A stretch of DNA of 43,533 nucleotides from Thermodesulfobacteriota bacterium (GCA_039028315.1 JBCCIH010000001.1:1-43533), one strand, 5' to 3'; positions 1 through 10,230 are shown, numbered from the stretch's first letter. Translations and numbers: made by a program. The notes: generated by a model from the sequence alone, not told the origin.

Positions 1-1
1 C

Positions 2-1246
2 TATCAAGCAACCGGAAAAAAAGAATATGAGACTACAGCTAGAGAAGTTTTAACTTATGTTTTAAGGGATATGACAGCGCCCGAAGGCGGTTTTTACTCA
101 GCTGAGGATGCAGACAGCGAGGGAGAAGAAGGAAAGTTCTACGTGTGGAGCGAAGAAGAATTAAAAGAAATTTTAGGAAAGGACGATGCTGAACTATTTA
201 TTAGGACTTACAATACAAGCGGGGACGGCAATTTTATTGAGGAAGCAGCTGGGCACAAGACAGGAACCAATATACTTCATCTACAAAAACCACTAACCGA
301 GATTGCTTCATCATATGAAATAAGCGAAGATGAGTTTATAGGAAAAATTGAAAACTCCCGTACAAAGCTTTTTAATGAACGCGAGAAAAGAATACACCCT
401 TATAAAGATGATAAGATTTTAGTGGATTGGAATGGGCTAATGATTGCGGCGCTATCTATGGCAGGAAGAGCTTTTGATGAGCCTGAATATACACAGGCAG
501 CCGAAAAAGCAGTCAATTTTATTTTAGATGAGATGAGGGATGAAAAAGGAAGACTACTTCATAGATACAGGGGCAGTGAGGCTGGTATTACTGCCAACGT
601 TGATGACTATGCGTTTTTGATCTGGGGCTTATTAGAACTATATGAAAGTACTTTTAATATTGAATATTTAAAGTCCGCTATATCACTTCAAGAGCAAATG
701 GACGAGAGTTTTTGGGATGAAAAAAACGGCGGTTACTACTTTACAGCCGACCATGCTGAAGAGCTTATTACCAGGCAAAAGGAGATATATGACGGTGCGG
801 TACCATCTGGTAATTCTGCCGCAGGTCTTAACCTTCTTAGGCTATCAAGAATTACTAGCGATATAGAATATGAGCAGAAAGCGGCACAAATTGGAAAGGC
901 ATTTTCTGAAACTGTTGAAAGCGGCCCTATGGCATACACTTTGTTTATGACTGGGCTTGATTTTGGTCTGGGTCCATCTTATGAAGTAGTAGTAGTCGGC
1001 GACCCTAAGGGTGATGATACAAAAGAAATGATAGATGCCATAAGAAGAACATATAGCCCAAACAAAGTAGTTCTGATTAAAGATAGTAATGATAGTATGG
1101 CGATAAGCGATATTGCGGAATTTACTAAAGGTCAGAATATTATAGACGGAAAGGCGACAGCCTATGTATGCTTAAACCATGTGTGCAATCTACCCACCAC
1201 CGATCTAAACAAAATGCTTGAACTTCTCACACCTGAAAAAAGATGA
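2..1246 (+). CDS. Thioredoxin-domain DUF255/YyaL-type protein, C-terminal (alpha/alpha)6 part; 5'-partial
   Basis: The frame is open from the window edge (YQATGKKEYETTAREVLTYVLRD precedes the first Met at 71). Blocks such as DDKILVDWNGLMIAAL and GGYYFTADHAEELITRQKEIYDGAVPSGNS resemble the epimerase-like C-terminal domain of this family. Confidence 0.75.
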   Translation, partial: YQATGKKEYETTAREVLTYVLRDMTAPEGGFYSAEDADSEGEEGKFYVWSEEELKEILGKDDAELFIRTYNTSGDGNFIEEAAGHKTGTNILHLQKPLTEIASSYEISEDEFIGKIENSRTKLFNEREKRIHPYKDDKILVDWNGLMIAALSMAGRAFDEPEYTQAAEKAVNFILDEMRDEKGRLLHRYRGSEAGITANVDDYAFLIWGLLELYESTFNIEYLKSAISLQEQMDESFWDEKNGGYYFTADHAEELITRQKEIYDGAVPSGNSAAGLNLLRLSRITSDIEYEQKAAQIGKAFSETVESGPMAYTLFMTGLDFGLGPSYEVVVVGDPKGDDTKEMIDAIRRTYSPNKVVLIKDSNDSMAISDIAEFTKGQNIIDGKATAYVCLNHVCNLPTTDLNKMLELLTPEKR

Positions 1247-1396
1247 GATATGTATATAAAAATATATAAGAAATTGAACAAATTAAGAAAACTTCCGCTA
1301 TAATATAAGTGTATTGATTTTAAGCATTTTGATTTTATAATATGGTGAAAACCTAAGTTAACTAGTTTTATACCAAAACAGCGGAGGGCAGGGAAC

Positions 1397-1555
1397 ATGC
1401 CTAGAAAAGCCAAGAGAAAAATTAAAGACTTGGTAGAAATGCTCGAAGATCCCGACAATTCTGGATATGTTGGTGATTACGAGGATATGATTGACCAAAT
1501 GGAAGACGAATTGTCAGAAGTAGATGATCTAGAAGATCATGAAGATATAGAATGA
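1397..1555 (+). CDS. Small hyper-acidic protein, 52 aa (below the ORF-track cutoff)
   Basis: ATG at 1397 sits behind GGAGGG with about 8 nt spacing. An upstream TTGATT-N16-TATAAT-like promoter lies near 1315-1342. Product: [52 protein letters not shown]. The stop at 1553-1555 overlaps the convergent mnmG 3' end by 19 nt. Confidence 0.35.
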   Translation: MPRKAKRKIKDLVEMLEDPDNSGYVGDYEDMIDQMEDELSEVDDLEDHEDIE

Positions 1556-3444
1556 TCTCGGCTTTGACTACCATCCCGTTTTAAATAAACCATTAAAACT
1601 GAAATTGCAGCAGGGGTAACCCCGGAGATTCTGGTTGCTTGACCAAGTGAATTAGGCCGGACATTGCTGAGCTTTTGTACGATTTCTTTTGATAATCCGG
1701 GTATATCATCGTATGAGAAACTCTCAGGAATTTGGAAATCTTCGAGCTTCTTAAATTTATTGATCTGCTCCATCTGCCTTTTTATATAACCCTCATATTT
1801 GACCTCCATCTCTATTTGTGAGATGACGTCCGTATTATGTGGATGTTGAACGCTTGTTTCTTCAAATAGTGCGAGATCCATATAGGTAATCTCAGGGCGC
1901 CTGAGTAATTCTTTTAAGCTATGGGGTTTTTTAATCGCAGATGCCCCTAGACTAGAAAGAATATCATTCACTTTTGAGTTGGGCACAACTTTAATACTCT
2001 CTAATCTATCAAGCTCATTGTTCACGCTATTTTTTCTTAATTCCATTTTTTCGTATTCGTCTTGTTTTAGAAGCCCAATTTTATAGCCGATCTCACCAAG
2101 TCTCATATCCGCGTTGTCTTCCCTTAGCACAAGTCGGTACTCGGCCCTTGAGGTAAACATTCTGTATGGCTCGTCAACTCCTTTTGTAACTAAATCGTCA
2201 ACCATAATTCCAATGTAAGCCTCTGAGCGGTCTAAAATAAATGGATCCTCTCCTCTAACCCTGAGAGCAGCGTTTATACCGGCAACAAGACCCTGGCTTG
2301 CGGCCTCTTCATATCCTGTTGTACCGTTAATTTGTCCTGCGAAATAGAGATTTTCTATAAGCTTGGTCTCTAAAGTGGGTTTTAGCTGAGTTGGGTCTAC
2401 GTAATCATATTCAACTGCATAGCCCGGACGCATAATCTCAACTTCATCAAGACCGTCAATTGTTTTTACCAGCTCATATTGCACCTCGAGCGGAAGGCTC
2501 GTTGATATTCCGTTTGGATATATTTCATAAGTGTTAAGCCCTTCTGGTTCTAAAAACACTTGATGGCGATTTTTATCCGGGAACTTAACAATTTTATCCT
2601 CAATAGAGGGGCAGTACCTTGGACCAACGCCTTTGATTTCACCAGAGTATAAAGGGGATTTATGAAGATTGTTGTTTATTACATCGTGTGTTCTTTGATT
2701 TGTGTATGTTATATAGCAAGGTAGCTGTTCTCGGTCGATTACTGGAGTTGAGAAAGAAAATGGCTTTGGGTTTAAATCCCCCGGCTGCTCCTCTAACATG
2801 TCCCATTTTATTGTTCTTCCATCAAACCTTGGAGGGGTACCAGTTTTAAGCCTGCCTACGTTAAATCCGATGCTGCCAAAAGATTCTGATATGCCAGTAG
2901 CGGCAGCCTCACCTGCTCTGCCTGAGGATATTTTTGTAGCGCCAATATGTATTAGTCCGTTAGGAAAAGTCCCAGGAGTAACAACCACAGCATCGGCGTA
3001 GAAATGCTCGCCAAGGTTTGTCTTAACCCCGGCAATTTTATCACCTTCAACCAAAAAGCCCTCAACCATTCTTTGCTTGATGTCCATTTTTTCTTCAGAC
3101 TCAAGGGCCTTTTTCATATAAGCTCTGTATGACTGACGATCAGCCTGAACTCTGGTTGCCTGAACCGCAGCACCTTTGCGAGTGTTGAGCCTTCTAAACT
3201 GAATTGCAGCATGATCAGCCGCCCGTCCCATCTCTCCGCCAAGAGCGTCTATCTCTTTAACTAAGTGGCCTTTCCCAACGCCGCCAATTGAGGGATTGCA
3301 GGACATCAGTCCAATTGTGTCCACATTGGCTGTAAGAACCAGAGTGCGGCAGCCCATTCTTGCAGATGCAAGCGCAGCTTCACATCCCGCATGGCCCGCG
3401 CCGATTACTATAACATCATGACTTTTTGGATAACTTATACTCAT
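1537..3444 (-). CDS. mnmG: tRNA uridine 5-carboxymethylaminomethyl modification enzyme MnmG (GidA)
   Basis: 635 aa. N-terminal FAD fold [22 protein letters not shown], plus [11 protein letters not shown] and [17 protein letters not shown] blocks typical of MnmG. Confidence 0.97.
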   Translation of the reverse strand: MSISYPKSHDVIVIGAGHAGCEAALASARMGCRTLVLTANVDTIGLMSCNPSIGGVGKGHLVKEIDALGGEMGRAADHAAIQFRRLNTRKGAAVQATRVQADRQSYRAYMKKALESEEKMDIKQRMVEGFLVEGDKIAGVKTNLGEHFYADAVVVTPGTFPNGLIHIGATKISSGRAGEAAATGISESFGSIGFNVGRLKTGTPPRFDGRTIKWDMLEEQPGDLNPKPFSFSTPVIDREQLPCYITYTNQRTHDVINNNLHKSPLYSGEIKGVGPRYCPSIEDKIVKFPDKNRHQVFLEPEGLNTYEIYPNGISTSLPLEVQYELVKTIDGLDEVEIMRPGYAVEYDYVDPTQLKPTLETKLIENLYFAGQINGTTGYEEAASQGLVAGINAALRVRGEDPFILDRSEAYIGIMVDDLVTKGVDEPYRMFTSRAEYRLVLREDNADMRLGEIGYKIGLLKQDEYEKMELRKNSVNNELDRLESIKVVPNSKVNDILSSLGASAIKKPHSLKELLRRPEITYMDLALFEETSVQHPHNTDVISQIEMEVKYEGYIKRQMEQINKFKKLEDFQIPESFSYDDIPGLSKEIVQKLSNVRPNSLGQATRISGVTPAAISVLMVYLKRDGSQSRDHSISS

Positions 3445-3582
3445 TATTCAAATTCCTTACAGTAAAATCAAAAGGGAATTTTAAATCCATATGGGCCTAG
3501 CGTCAATTATTTAATATGCTTTTTTGGATAAAACCCCTTCTAGATGGTAAAATCCATTTCCACTTTATATGAGGAAGTATAA

Positions 3583-3903
3583 ATGACAACTAAAGAAATA
3601 TTTGAAAAAGTTGAAAGAAAACTATTTGAAAAATCAGATCAGCTGGATGATATAAGAGGAGTATACAAGTTTGAGTTAGCAGGTCCTCAAGGCGGCACAT
3701 GGATTGTAGATCTTAGGGAAGATACACTTGGAGTAAGAGAAGCCGAGGAAGAAGCTCAGTGCACGTTCAAAGGCAGTGATGAGAATTTTATTAACTTATT
3801 TACCGGCAAGCTAAAACCCGAGAGAGCTCTACTTACCGGAAAGATAAAAATGTCAGGCGACATCGGGCTTGCAATGAAGCTTGGCCAGCTGCTTAGAAAA
3901 TAG
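3583..3903 (+). CDS. SCP2 sterol/lipid-carrier domain protein
   Basis: 106 aa. The pattern ...TWIVDL...FKGSDENFINLFTGKLKPERALLTGKIKMSGDIGLAMKL is the classic SCP2 C-terminal signature. Confidence 0.8.
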   Translation: MTTKEIFEKVERKLFEKSDQLDDIRGVYKFELAGPQGGTWIVDLREDTLGVREAEEEAQCTFKGSDENFINLFTGKLKPERALLTGKIKMSGDIGLAMKLGQLLRK

Positions 3904-3915
3904 GAATACTATATA

Positions 3916-4941
3916 TTGAAACAAACCCCTGAAAGAATATATGTAGAACAAAGTATAGCGGACCATCCATTCACAAAAAGAGTTTTAGCCAAATTAGATA
4001 CTGCCCCCATCACATATATTGATGATTATAAAACTATCGGTGAGCTAAAGAGCTTTAACCAAAGAGCGCTTGAAGACAAGAACTCTCTTGCGCTGGCAAC
4101 AAAAAAGGGTGAGCTTGTAAAAAGTATAGGAAGAATGGAAAGTGGTCAGTTCTATTTGTTTCATGAAATAGACTGCAAATATGATTGTGAGTACTGCTAC
4201 TTGCAGTACTATTTTCAGACCAAAGTACCCGTATTATTTGTTAATCGAGACGAAGTACTAAAAAAAATTGAAGAGATTCTGAATAGTTACGAAGCTCCGT
4301 ATTTTCATGTGGGTGAAGTATGTGATGCACTGGCTTTTGATGACATAACGGAATTTTCGATTGATATTGCAAAGCTGTTTAGAAACTATCCTAATGGAAC
4401 TGTAGAATTTAGAACAAAGAGCACAAATGTGCATAATTTGTTAGCAATAGATGACCCGCCAACAAATATAATCCCCTCCTGGACATTTAGTCCGCAAGTT
4501 GTAGCCGATATGATTGAGCATAAAACGCCTTTGGTAGCTGAGCGCATCTCAGCTGCCATGAGATGTCAGCAACAAGGCTACACAGTTGGAGTAAGACTTG
4601 ATCCCATTATTATGATCCCCGGTTGGGATAACCACTATAAGAAATTAGTACACGATCTTCTAAGCACGCTTGAACCAAAGCAAATTGATTATATATCTCT
4701 GGGAACTCCAAAACATAACAAAGTACTACTAGAAACTATAAAGAAAAGGTTTCCTAATAGCCCAACTATTCTGGGCGAGATGTTTCCATCTACAGACGGT
4801 AAATACAAATATTTAAAATTCCACAGAGTCTCTATATATAAAAATATGATCTCTTGGATTAGAGAATTTAACCCTGATATTAGGATTGATCTATCTATTG
4901 AATCTGATGAAGTAAAAGAGTTGGTATTTGAAACTAGCTAG
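3916..4941 (+). CDS. Radical SAM protein of the spore-photoproduct-lyase (SplB-like, COG1533) family
   Basis: 341 aa with a TTG start. It has a CX3CX2C cluster in DCKYDCEYCYLQ at about residue 86-93, as in SplB-type enzymes. Size and layout fit the family. Confidence 0.7.
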   Translation: MKQTPERIYVEQSIADHPFTKRVLAKLDTAPITYIDDYKTIGELKSFNQRALEDKNSLALATKKGELVKSIGRMESGQFYLFHEIDCKYDCEYCYLQYYFQTKVPVLFVNRDEVLKKIEEILNSYEAPYFHVGEVCDALAFDDITEFSIDIAKLFRNYPNGTVEFRTKSTNVHNLLAIDDPPTNIIPSWTFSPQVVADMIEHKTPLVAERISAAMRCQQQGYTVGVRLDPIIMIPGWDNHYKKLVHDLLSTLEPKQIDYISLGTPKHNKVLLETIKKRFPNSPTILGEMFPSTDGKYKYLKFHRVSIYKNMISWIREFNPDIRIDLSIESDEVKELVFETS

Positions 4942-4948
4942 GCGAGAT

Positions 4949-5809
4949 TTAATAACCATAGGTTTTTAAGCGATCTGCAATTTGCAAGGAATATGCTTTA
5001 AGCTCAGGTTCGTTCAGATATGCATAGGCCCTGCTCTTATTTACTCCTGATGAAATGCTCTCAATTTCACTATCCGATGCATTTAGACCGCAAAACTCAG
5101 CTGTTGATTTTAGTATTACGCCCGGGTTTTCAAGAAAATCTTCGTATTGTATTTCAATAGCCCTATCCTTGAGATTTGCTACATGTGTTCTTGCTTGTTC
5201 TAAATACTCTTCCCATATTGCAAAAGCCTCTTCTAAATTGCCGCCCCTAATATCTACAAACACCCTGTTTCTCATTAGAAACTTCTGCATTAAGTAGTAC
5301 CAATAAAGCGGCTTTAGGTTAGTGTGTCTGCTTTGGAGCCGATCAAGTCCTCTTTTTCTTCTTGTTATTAAACTGCCAGCTATATCCAACGGGTGTCTAT
5401 ATATATGTATCACTTTTGCATCGGGAAAAAGGTCTAGCCAAAATGGGAGAGTAAAAGTGTTTCGGGGATCTTTAAAGCCCCAAGGAATATCTAAATTTTG
5501 CGGGGTTCTGTATTGGTAATAATTTCTAAACCCAAGAAATGATATTACATCAGGTGTTGTCATAGAGAACTCAACAAACTCGCCATAAAGAGCTCTTGCT
5601 TGTTTATCTTGTAATAAATATTTGATTGATCCCGGGTCCTCTAAACCAGCGCTCGATTGGGTCAGTAGCCAGTCATTAATCTTACGGAAGAAAACGGCTT
5701 CGTGGTTGTTGGTCAGTTTTTTACCTACAAACAGACCAAGCCCTTCAAGCATTTTCGTAAGCATGCTTGTTCCTGAACGGCTCATCCCAATTATTATTAT
5801 AGGAGACAT
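4949..5809 (-). CDS. Sulfotransferase family protein
   Basis: 286 aa. The N-terminal IIIIGMSRSGTSMLTKML matches the PAPS 5'-phosphosulfate-binding loop. The region IHIYRHPLDIAGSLITR fits the 3'-phosphate-binding region. Confidence 0.75.
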   Translation of the reverse strand: MSPIIIIGMSRSGTSMLTKMLEGLGLFVGKKLTNNHEAVFFRKINDWLLTQSSAGLEDPGSIKYLLQDKQARALYGEFVEFSMTTPDVISFLGFRNYYQYRTPQNLDIPWGFKDPRNTFTLPFWLDLFPDAKVIHIYRHPLDIAGSLITRRKRGLDRLQSRHTNLKPLYWYYLMQKFLMRNRVFVDIRGGNLEEAFAIWEEYLEQARTHVANLKDRAIEIQYEDFLENPGVILKSTAEFCGLNASDSEIESISSGVNKSRAYAYLNEPELKAYSLQIADRLKTYGY

Positions 5810-5898
5810 GATGTATGTGAAACTACACTATAAGCAAAGCTATGACAATGCTTAATAGAATTGAGAAATATCAGTAGTGTATGCGCAAATTTGGAACG

Positions 5899-7110
5899 TT
5901 AGATTGCTAAAAAGCTTCTAAGCACATCGCCAGTATCTGCTTCTGCTAGCTTTTCAAGAGCCCTTTTTTCAATCTGTCTTATACGCTCTCTTGTGAGATC
6001 AAACCTTCTGCCAATTTCATCAAGAGTATATGTTCCGTCCTGATCTATGCCAAAGCGGAGCCTAATAATCTCTTCTTCCCTTGGAGTTAGAATATTTAAA
6101 GCTTCTCTTATCTCCTGGGTTAGAGCAGTGGTAGCCATTACAGAATCAGGCGCAGGAGCCTTTTCATCTGAAATGAAATCTAACAGAGTAGTTTTTTCCC
6201 CGTCCATAATTGGTGTATCAAGACGGGCAGCATCATTAGTGGACTCAAGGATTCTCTTTACACCTTCAACAGATATACCAGCTATTTCTGCAACTTCTTC
6301 AGGAAGCGGCTTTCTCCCCATTTCCTTGTGCAGCATAGAGCTTATTCTATATACTTTGCTTGCTTGCTCGAGAACGTAAACAGGAACCCTAATGGTTCTT
6401 GTCTGGTCTAGCAGTGCTCTTGAGATTGCCTGGTGTATCCACCATGAAGCGTATGTTGAGAACTTGTATCCTTTAGTATGATCAAATCTTTCAACCGCTC
6501 TCATAAGACCAACATTACCTTCTTGGATGAGATCGGTAAGAGGAAGTCCCCTTCCCATGTATCTTTTTGAAATACTAACCACAAGCCTTAGGTTGGCTTT
6601 AACAAATCTTTCTTTCATATCAGAGGCGCGTTCAGAAAATACTCTAATAAAGGCGCTTAAGCTCTGAATTCTTTTATTGATTTCTTTTTCACTTGTTCTG
6701 CTTTTGGTAGTGGTGGATTGCCTTTTGATAAGGCTTTCTTTTTTCTTGTTCAGTTTGTCTATGTTGATTGTAAGTTCAATTGCTTTTGCTTCGCACTTTT
6801 TGATCTGGGCTGAAACTTCGACCTCTTCTTTTGCAGTTAGAAGAGATTCTACCGCCATATCTTTAAAATATACATATAAAAGTCTGAACTGTTCATCAGG
6901 AGTCCATTTGTTTTCATCCTCATTCTCTGCAGTTGCCACGGTTGGAGTATCTTCAATTTCAACGCTAAATTCAGGCTCGTCCGCAGATATATTGTTGTCA
7001 GCTATATCTATAGACTGATAGGATTGATCCTCTTCCTGATTAAACTGTTCAAGTCCCTCTATTTCAGTTGGAACCTGCTGTTCAACTTCTCTAAATTTTC
7101 CTGTTTTCAT
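5899..7110 (-). CDS. rpoD: RNA polymerase sigma-70 family factor (RpoD-like, group 1 or 2) with acidic N-terminus
   Basis: 403 aa. Region 2 ([33 protein letters not shown]), region 3, and region 4 ([26 protein letters not shown]) are all present. Confidence 0.88.
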   Translation of the reverse strand: MKTGKFREVEQQVPTEIEGLEQFNQEEDQSYQSIDIADNNISADEPEFSVEIEDTPTVATAENEDENKWTPDEQFRLLYVYFKDMAVESLLTAKEEVEVSAQIKKCEAKAIELTINIDKLNKKKESLIKRQSTTTKSRTSEKEINKRIQSLSAFIRVFSERASDMKERFVKANLRLVVSISKRYMGRGLPLTDLIQEGNVGLMRAVERFDHTKGYKFSTYASWWIHQAISRALLDQTRTIRVPVYVLEQASKVYRISSMLHKEMGRKPLPEEVAEIAGISVEGVKRILESTNDAARLDTPIMDGEKTTLLDFISDEKAPAPDSVMATTALTQEIREALNILTPREEEIIRLRFGIDQDGTYTLDEIGRRFDLTRERIRQIEKRALEKLAEADTGDVLRSFLAI

Positions 7111-7305
7111 AATTTCACCCTTAACCGATGTACTACGTGTTGCATTGTATTAACCCCGCACCCTTAAGACCCTGGTATGAGCTTGTTCAACTGTACAACT
7201 ATACGACTTTTGGGCTTCTATGTCAAGCCTTTTTCTTCGCATTTGCAAAAAAGTTTTTTAGGATAAAATTATTAAGTAATTACAGTGCATTGAGTCATAT
7301 CTCTA

Positions 7306-7330
7306 CGCAATAGCTAACAGCTATTTTGCG
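7306..7330 (-). terminator. Hairpin just downstream of the SPOR gene (possible terminator)
   Basis: The minus strand reads CGCAAAATAGC-TGTTA-GCTATTGCG, a 9-bp stem with a 2-nt bulge. There is no clear U-tract afterwards. Confidence 0.25.
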
Positions 7331-7350
7331 TCTCTATTGCATAAATTAGA

Positions 7351-8115
7351 TCAGTAACTCAACGTTTCTTTGTTATCTTCAAGAGACTCATTATAGACTC
7401 GGCCTTTGTTAAGGCTTTCGACAAACACTTCGCCGCCTTCGTTACTTTGATACAATGCAGCATAGTTCCAAGCTTCTTGGGCTGTTTTGAACTTACCTAC
7501 TTTAATAAGATTCCAGACTTCTCCCCTTGAGTTAGAACTGGTAACTATATAAGCGTCGTACCCTTTTAGTCTTAATTCATTAGTAACTTCATTCGCTTGA
7601 TCAATGCTCCCAAAAGCAGCAACTTGCAATCTATAGGTATCTTGATCTACGAGGCTAACGTCCAAGGACTCAACTTGAAGTCCATTGTTCAAATTATCCG
7701 TGGACTCTTGTGCGGCTATGAGTAATGGAGTATTGACCCCTTCGTTATCTTGTGCATCTTCTGTAATAAATGGCGAATCATTTCTCTCTTTCTGAGCAGG
7801 CTGTACTCTGCCTTTGTAATATGTTGAAGTTGTGTCTGGAGTTGAGACTCTAGGATCTTGTACAGAATTATCATTTTGAGAAAGGGCTACGATCTCATCG
7901 TCCATGCTATATGAATTATTATCTTGTATTGTTTCGTTCTGAGCTGATTGAGGCATTTGATCATTAGTAAAATTTGGATTATCTACTCTCATCCCTAAGT
8001 AGACTCCAAGAACGAATACAATTATCAAAACAAGAAAATATCCAATTCCACTTGCAAAGCCTCCCTTTTTCTTGTTTGGCCCCGCAACTATTAGTTGTGG
8101 CTTAAGCTTTGTCAT
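7351..8115 (-). CDS. SPOR domain-containing membrane protein
   Basis: 254 aa. It has an N-terminal TM segment (GIGYFLVLIIVFVLGVYLGM) and a low-complexity linker. The C-terminal YRLQVAAFGSIDQANEVTNELRLKGYDAYIV...LIKVGKFKTAQEA matches the SPOR peptidoglycan-binding repeat. Confidence 0.8.
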   Translation of the reverse strand: MTKLKPQLIVAGPNKKKGGFASGIGYFLVLIIVFVLGVYLGMRVDNPNFTNDQMPQSAQNETIQDNNSYSMDDEIVALSQNDNSVQDPRVSTPDTTSTYYKGRVQPAQKERNDSPFITEDAQDNEGVNTPLLIAAQESTDNLNNGLQVESLDVSLVDQDTYRLQVAAFGSIDQANEVTNELRLKGYDAYIVTSSNSRGEVWNLIKVGKFKTAQEAWNYAALYQSNEGGEVFVESLNKGRVYNESLEDNKETLSY

Positions 8116-8168
8116 TTTAAAAACCCCCCTTTATACTAGACCCCTATCTTCTAGTTACTCGCGTGACT

Positions 8169-8202
8169 CAGTTTTATTTAACCCAGTTTTATTTAACCCA
8201 GT
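8169..8202. repeat. Tandem direct repeat, 15-bp unit CAGTTTTATTTAACC x2 plus CAGT
   Basis: Read directly from the sequence, between the tRNA-Leu 3' end and the SPOR gene start. Confidence 0.85.
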
Positions 8203-8282
8203 ACTAAATTACACAAAACCCAATTCTGTTAAAACCAATGCACACAGCATACAAATGCAAACAGCATGCAAAAAATAATTTT

Positions 8283-8371
8283 TGGTGCCGAAGGGGGGAT
8301 TTGAACCCCCATGAGCACAATGCTCACTGGATTCTGAGTCCAGCGCGTCTACCAAATTCCGCCACTTCGGC
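8283..8371 (-). tRNA. tRNA-Leu (anticodon CAG), class II with long variable arm, CCA encoded
   Basis: Reverse complement: GCCGAAG-TG-GCGG..AATTTGGTAGA..CGCG-CTGGA-CTCAGAA-TCCAG-TGAGCATTGTGCTCAT-GGGGG-TTCAAAT-CCCCC-CTTCGGC-ACCA. The acceptor, anticodon and T stems all pair. Confidence 0.93.
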
Positions 8372-8464
8372 TTCATTGGAGACATAATATACCCAGACCA
8401 CTTAATTTTATCACAGATATTCATATGAAGCTATATCATAATTTATAAAAAATATTAACGATAA

Positions 8465-9646
8465 TTAATCTGAGAATAGCACTAAAACGCCTGTATATGT
8501 GAAAAGATGGTTTTGGCTCTGAATAGGAGCAAATTCAGAATTTCCAAAAAACCCTATAATAGGAATATTGCCTAATGCACTGCTAATGTATGCGGTATCA
8601 ATTCCATGATGGCCGTAAAGCGAAGATCCTCTAGCACAACAGTTAAAATATAGTCCAAAACGATAAGGACTCTCGGAGTTATGATTTAAAGTTATTCTAT
8701 CAAGCATCTGCTTAAGATCTTCTCTTGCCATCTCGGGGTTTCTAAGTGTGAACCCGACAACTTGTCCATCCTTTACATTCTGCGGCACTGCAACATATCC
8801 CGATTTTGGATCAACCCCGATTAAATTCCTTACAAGATACTCGCTGCCTTGTATATCGGCTTGATCCGGGTCTGGAGGAAAAGCTACAAAGACAAGACGA
8901 AGTAGATCCATTGGTTCTTGCAGTATGCCATTTGGTATGCGTTTTTTTAATACCTCAAAAGCCGGCTCCCCATCTAGCTCAGATATAATATTTTTGTTGG
9001 ACCCAGTTATTACACATGGAGGTCCAATTAACTGGCATCCTTGAGTTATATCAACTTTGTATGAGAAATCTCCTTCTAAAAGCATCCCGGAGACGGCGCC
9101 CGAGGCTACGGTATCTTTATAGAACTCAAAGGTATCATTAATTCTAGGATCTTCTGAAGCACTCGCACCAACTATATCGATCTCTCCCATTTTAGATTCA
9201 ATACCTTTAAACAAAAGCTCCGGATGAATATGAAAAGGATCGGGCAGTAGTGTTAAAAGTGAGTTTTTACCATTTGTAGATTTCAATAACTCACCGATCT
9301 CCTCTCCCGCTTTTGTACCACCTGAGCCAAGTTGATAAATGACAAAGGGATTAGATTTGATTGATGAGGACGATACAACTAAAACTACGATGCCGGGCTT
9401 TGCTTCAATCTCAGTCTCGTTTGAAAGAACTCCGATAGCGCTGCATCCAGAAACATTATCCGTCTTTGTAATGTCACAAACTACTCGCAGCATTTCCTGA
9501 TAATTTGCCCTATGCGGGAAAGTGCAAAAAACCATTGCCCAGTCAGCCTTATCCATACAAGCATTTTCCATCGCAAACTTAGCTGCATCTTTAGCCGCTT
9601 GTATGCTCTCTGACTTATCAGAGTATCCGCTGCCGGCCTTAATCAT
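8465..9646 (-). CDS. FIST (N plus C) domain sensory protein, stand-alone
   Basis: 393 aa. The overall pattern resembles FIST_N/FIST_C proteins (N-terminal ...AAKDAAKFAMEN..., C-terminal ...PIIGFFGNSEFAP...). No output domain is present. Confidence 0.7.
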   Translation of the reverse strand: MIKAGSGYSDKSESIQAAKDAAKFAMENACMDKADWAMVFCTFPHRANYQEMLRVVCDITKTDNVSGCSAIGVLSNETEIEAKPGIVVLVVSSSSIKSNPFVIYQLGSGGTKAGEEIGELLKSTNGKNSLLTLLPDPFHIHPELLFKGIESKMGEIDIVGASASEDPRINDTFEFYKDTVASGAVSGMLLEGDFSYKVDITQGCQLIGPPCVITGSNKNIISELDGEPAFEVLKKRIPNGILQEPMDLLRLVFVAFPPDPDQADIQGSEYLVRNLIGVDPKSGYVAVPQNVKDGQVVGFTLRNPEMAREDLKQMLDRITLNHNSESPYRFGLYFNCCARGSSLYGHHGIDTAYISSALGNIPIIGFFGNSEFAPIQSQNHLFTYTGVLVLFSD

Positions 9647-9701
9647 TTTCTATCCTAGGGGCTTTCATTGAAGCATAAAAATACGCGTCAATATAAAAAT
9701 A

Positions 9702-10073
9702 TCAATTTCCCCAAGATATTATTTTATTTGGCGTAATTTTTATTACGGGGAGCCCTAATTGCATAAGGCCCATCTTTGAGTATTGCTCATATTTACCACA
9801 AAGAGCTTTGATAGAGTTATTATATTCCTCGCCCTCGATGAGCACTTCGGCAGTGCCTTGAACAATAATGTAATAAAGTTCAGTCCAGTCGTCAGAATAT
9901 TTATCAACAATGAAAGAAACTCTAGGGTTATTCTCTATATTTCTTAGTCTTTTGAGTTTTTTTATTTCTTTTGTTTTAGGTTTAGCGTCTATTGGTGAAT
10001 ATATAAATTCCCCTTTATAAACAAAACATATTGGCACTGTAAGAGGTATTCCTGCCTCATCAACACTTGCCAA
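9702..10073 (-). CDS. Pyridoxamine 5'-phosphate oxidase (PPOX) family / F420-type flavin-binding protein; true start probably upstream
   Basis: ARLASVDEAGIPLTVPICFVY...NPRVSFIVD...YIIVQGTAE is a typical PPOX split-barrel pattern. The track start is a TTG. The frame stays open to 10190 and the extra residues still look PPOX-like (see findings). Confidence 0.75.
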   Translation of the reverse strand: MASVDEAGIPLTVPICFVYKGEFIYSPIDAKPKTKEIKKLKRLRNIENNPRVSFIVDKYSDDWTELYYIIVQGTAEVLIEGEEYNNSIKALCGKYEQYSKMGLMQLGLPVIKITPNKIISWGN

Positions 10074-10230
10074 TCTGGCAATATTATGAGAATTAATAAT
10101 TTCTGTATAATTTATTGTGGATGAACTAATTTTCGTTAGCTCCTGTATATATCTTGAATTATGATCTATGTCTTTTATAATACCTTGTTTTTATTTAGGG
10201 TGATTTTGTAATTTTTGGTCAAGAGAGAAA

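Noticed and set aside
1162-1458. 98-aa minus-strand ORF in the intergenic region after the DUF255 gene.
   Set aside because: The translation is low-complexity and AT-driven, there is no Shine-Dalgarno, and it overlaps the end of the DUF255 gene. The plus-strand 52-aa ORF has better signals.
5859-5868. AATTGAGAAA half-site identical to one arm of the Fur-family palindrome, about 50 nt upstream of the sulfotransferase gene.
   Set aside because: It is a single half-site with no inverted partner. A 10-mer match in AT-rich DNA is plausibly chance.
7128-7313. 61-aa plus-strand ORF in the rpoD upstream region.
   Set aside because: It has no Shine-Dalgarno and a hydrophobic, AT-biased translation. 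The region is more simply the rpoD promoter and leader plus the SPOR gene terminator.
8169-8202. The tandem 15-bp repeat as a possible mini-CRISPR or minisatellite.
   Set aside because: There are only 2.3 contiguous copies, no spacers and no cas genes. It is probably a slippage duplication in a promoter region.
8209-8424. 71-aa ORF on the minus strand.
   Set aside because: It is superimposed on a well-formed tRNA-Leu(CAG), so the ORF is a by-product of that gene.
8116-8464. tRNA-Leu as a possible integration site for a genomic island.
   Set aside because: There is no integrase, no duplicated tRNA 3' segment and no compositional break that I could see. Neighbouring genes look chromosomal.
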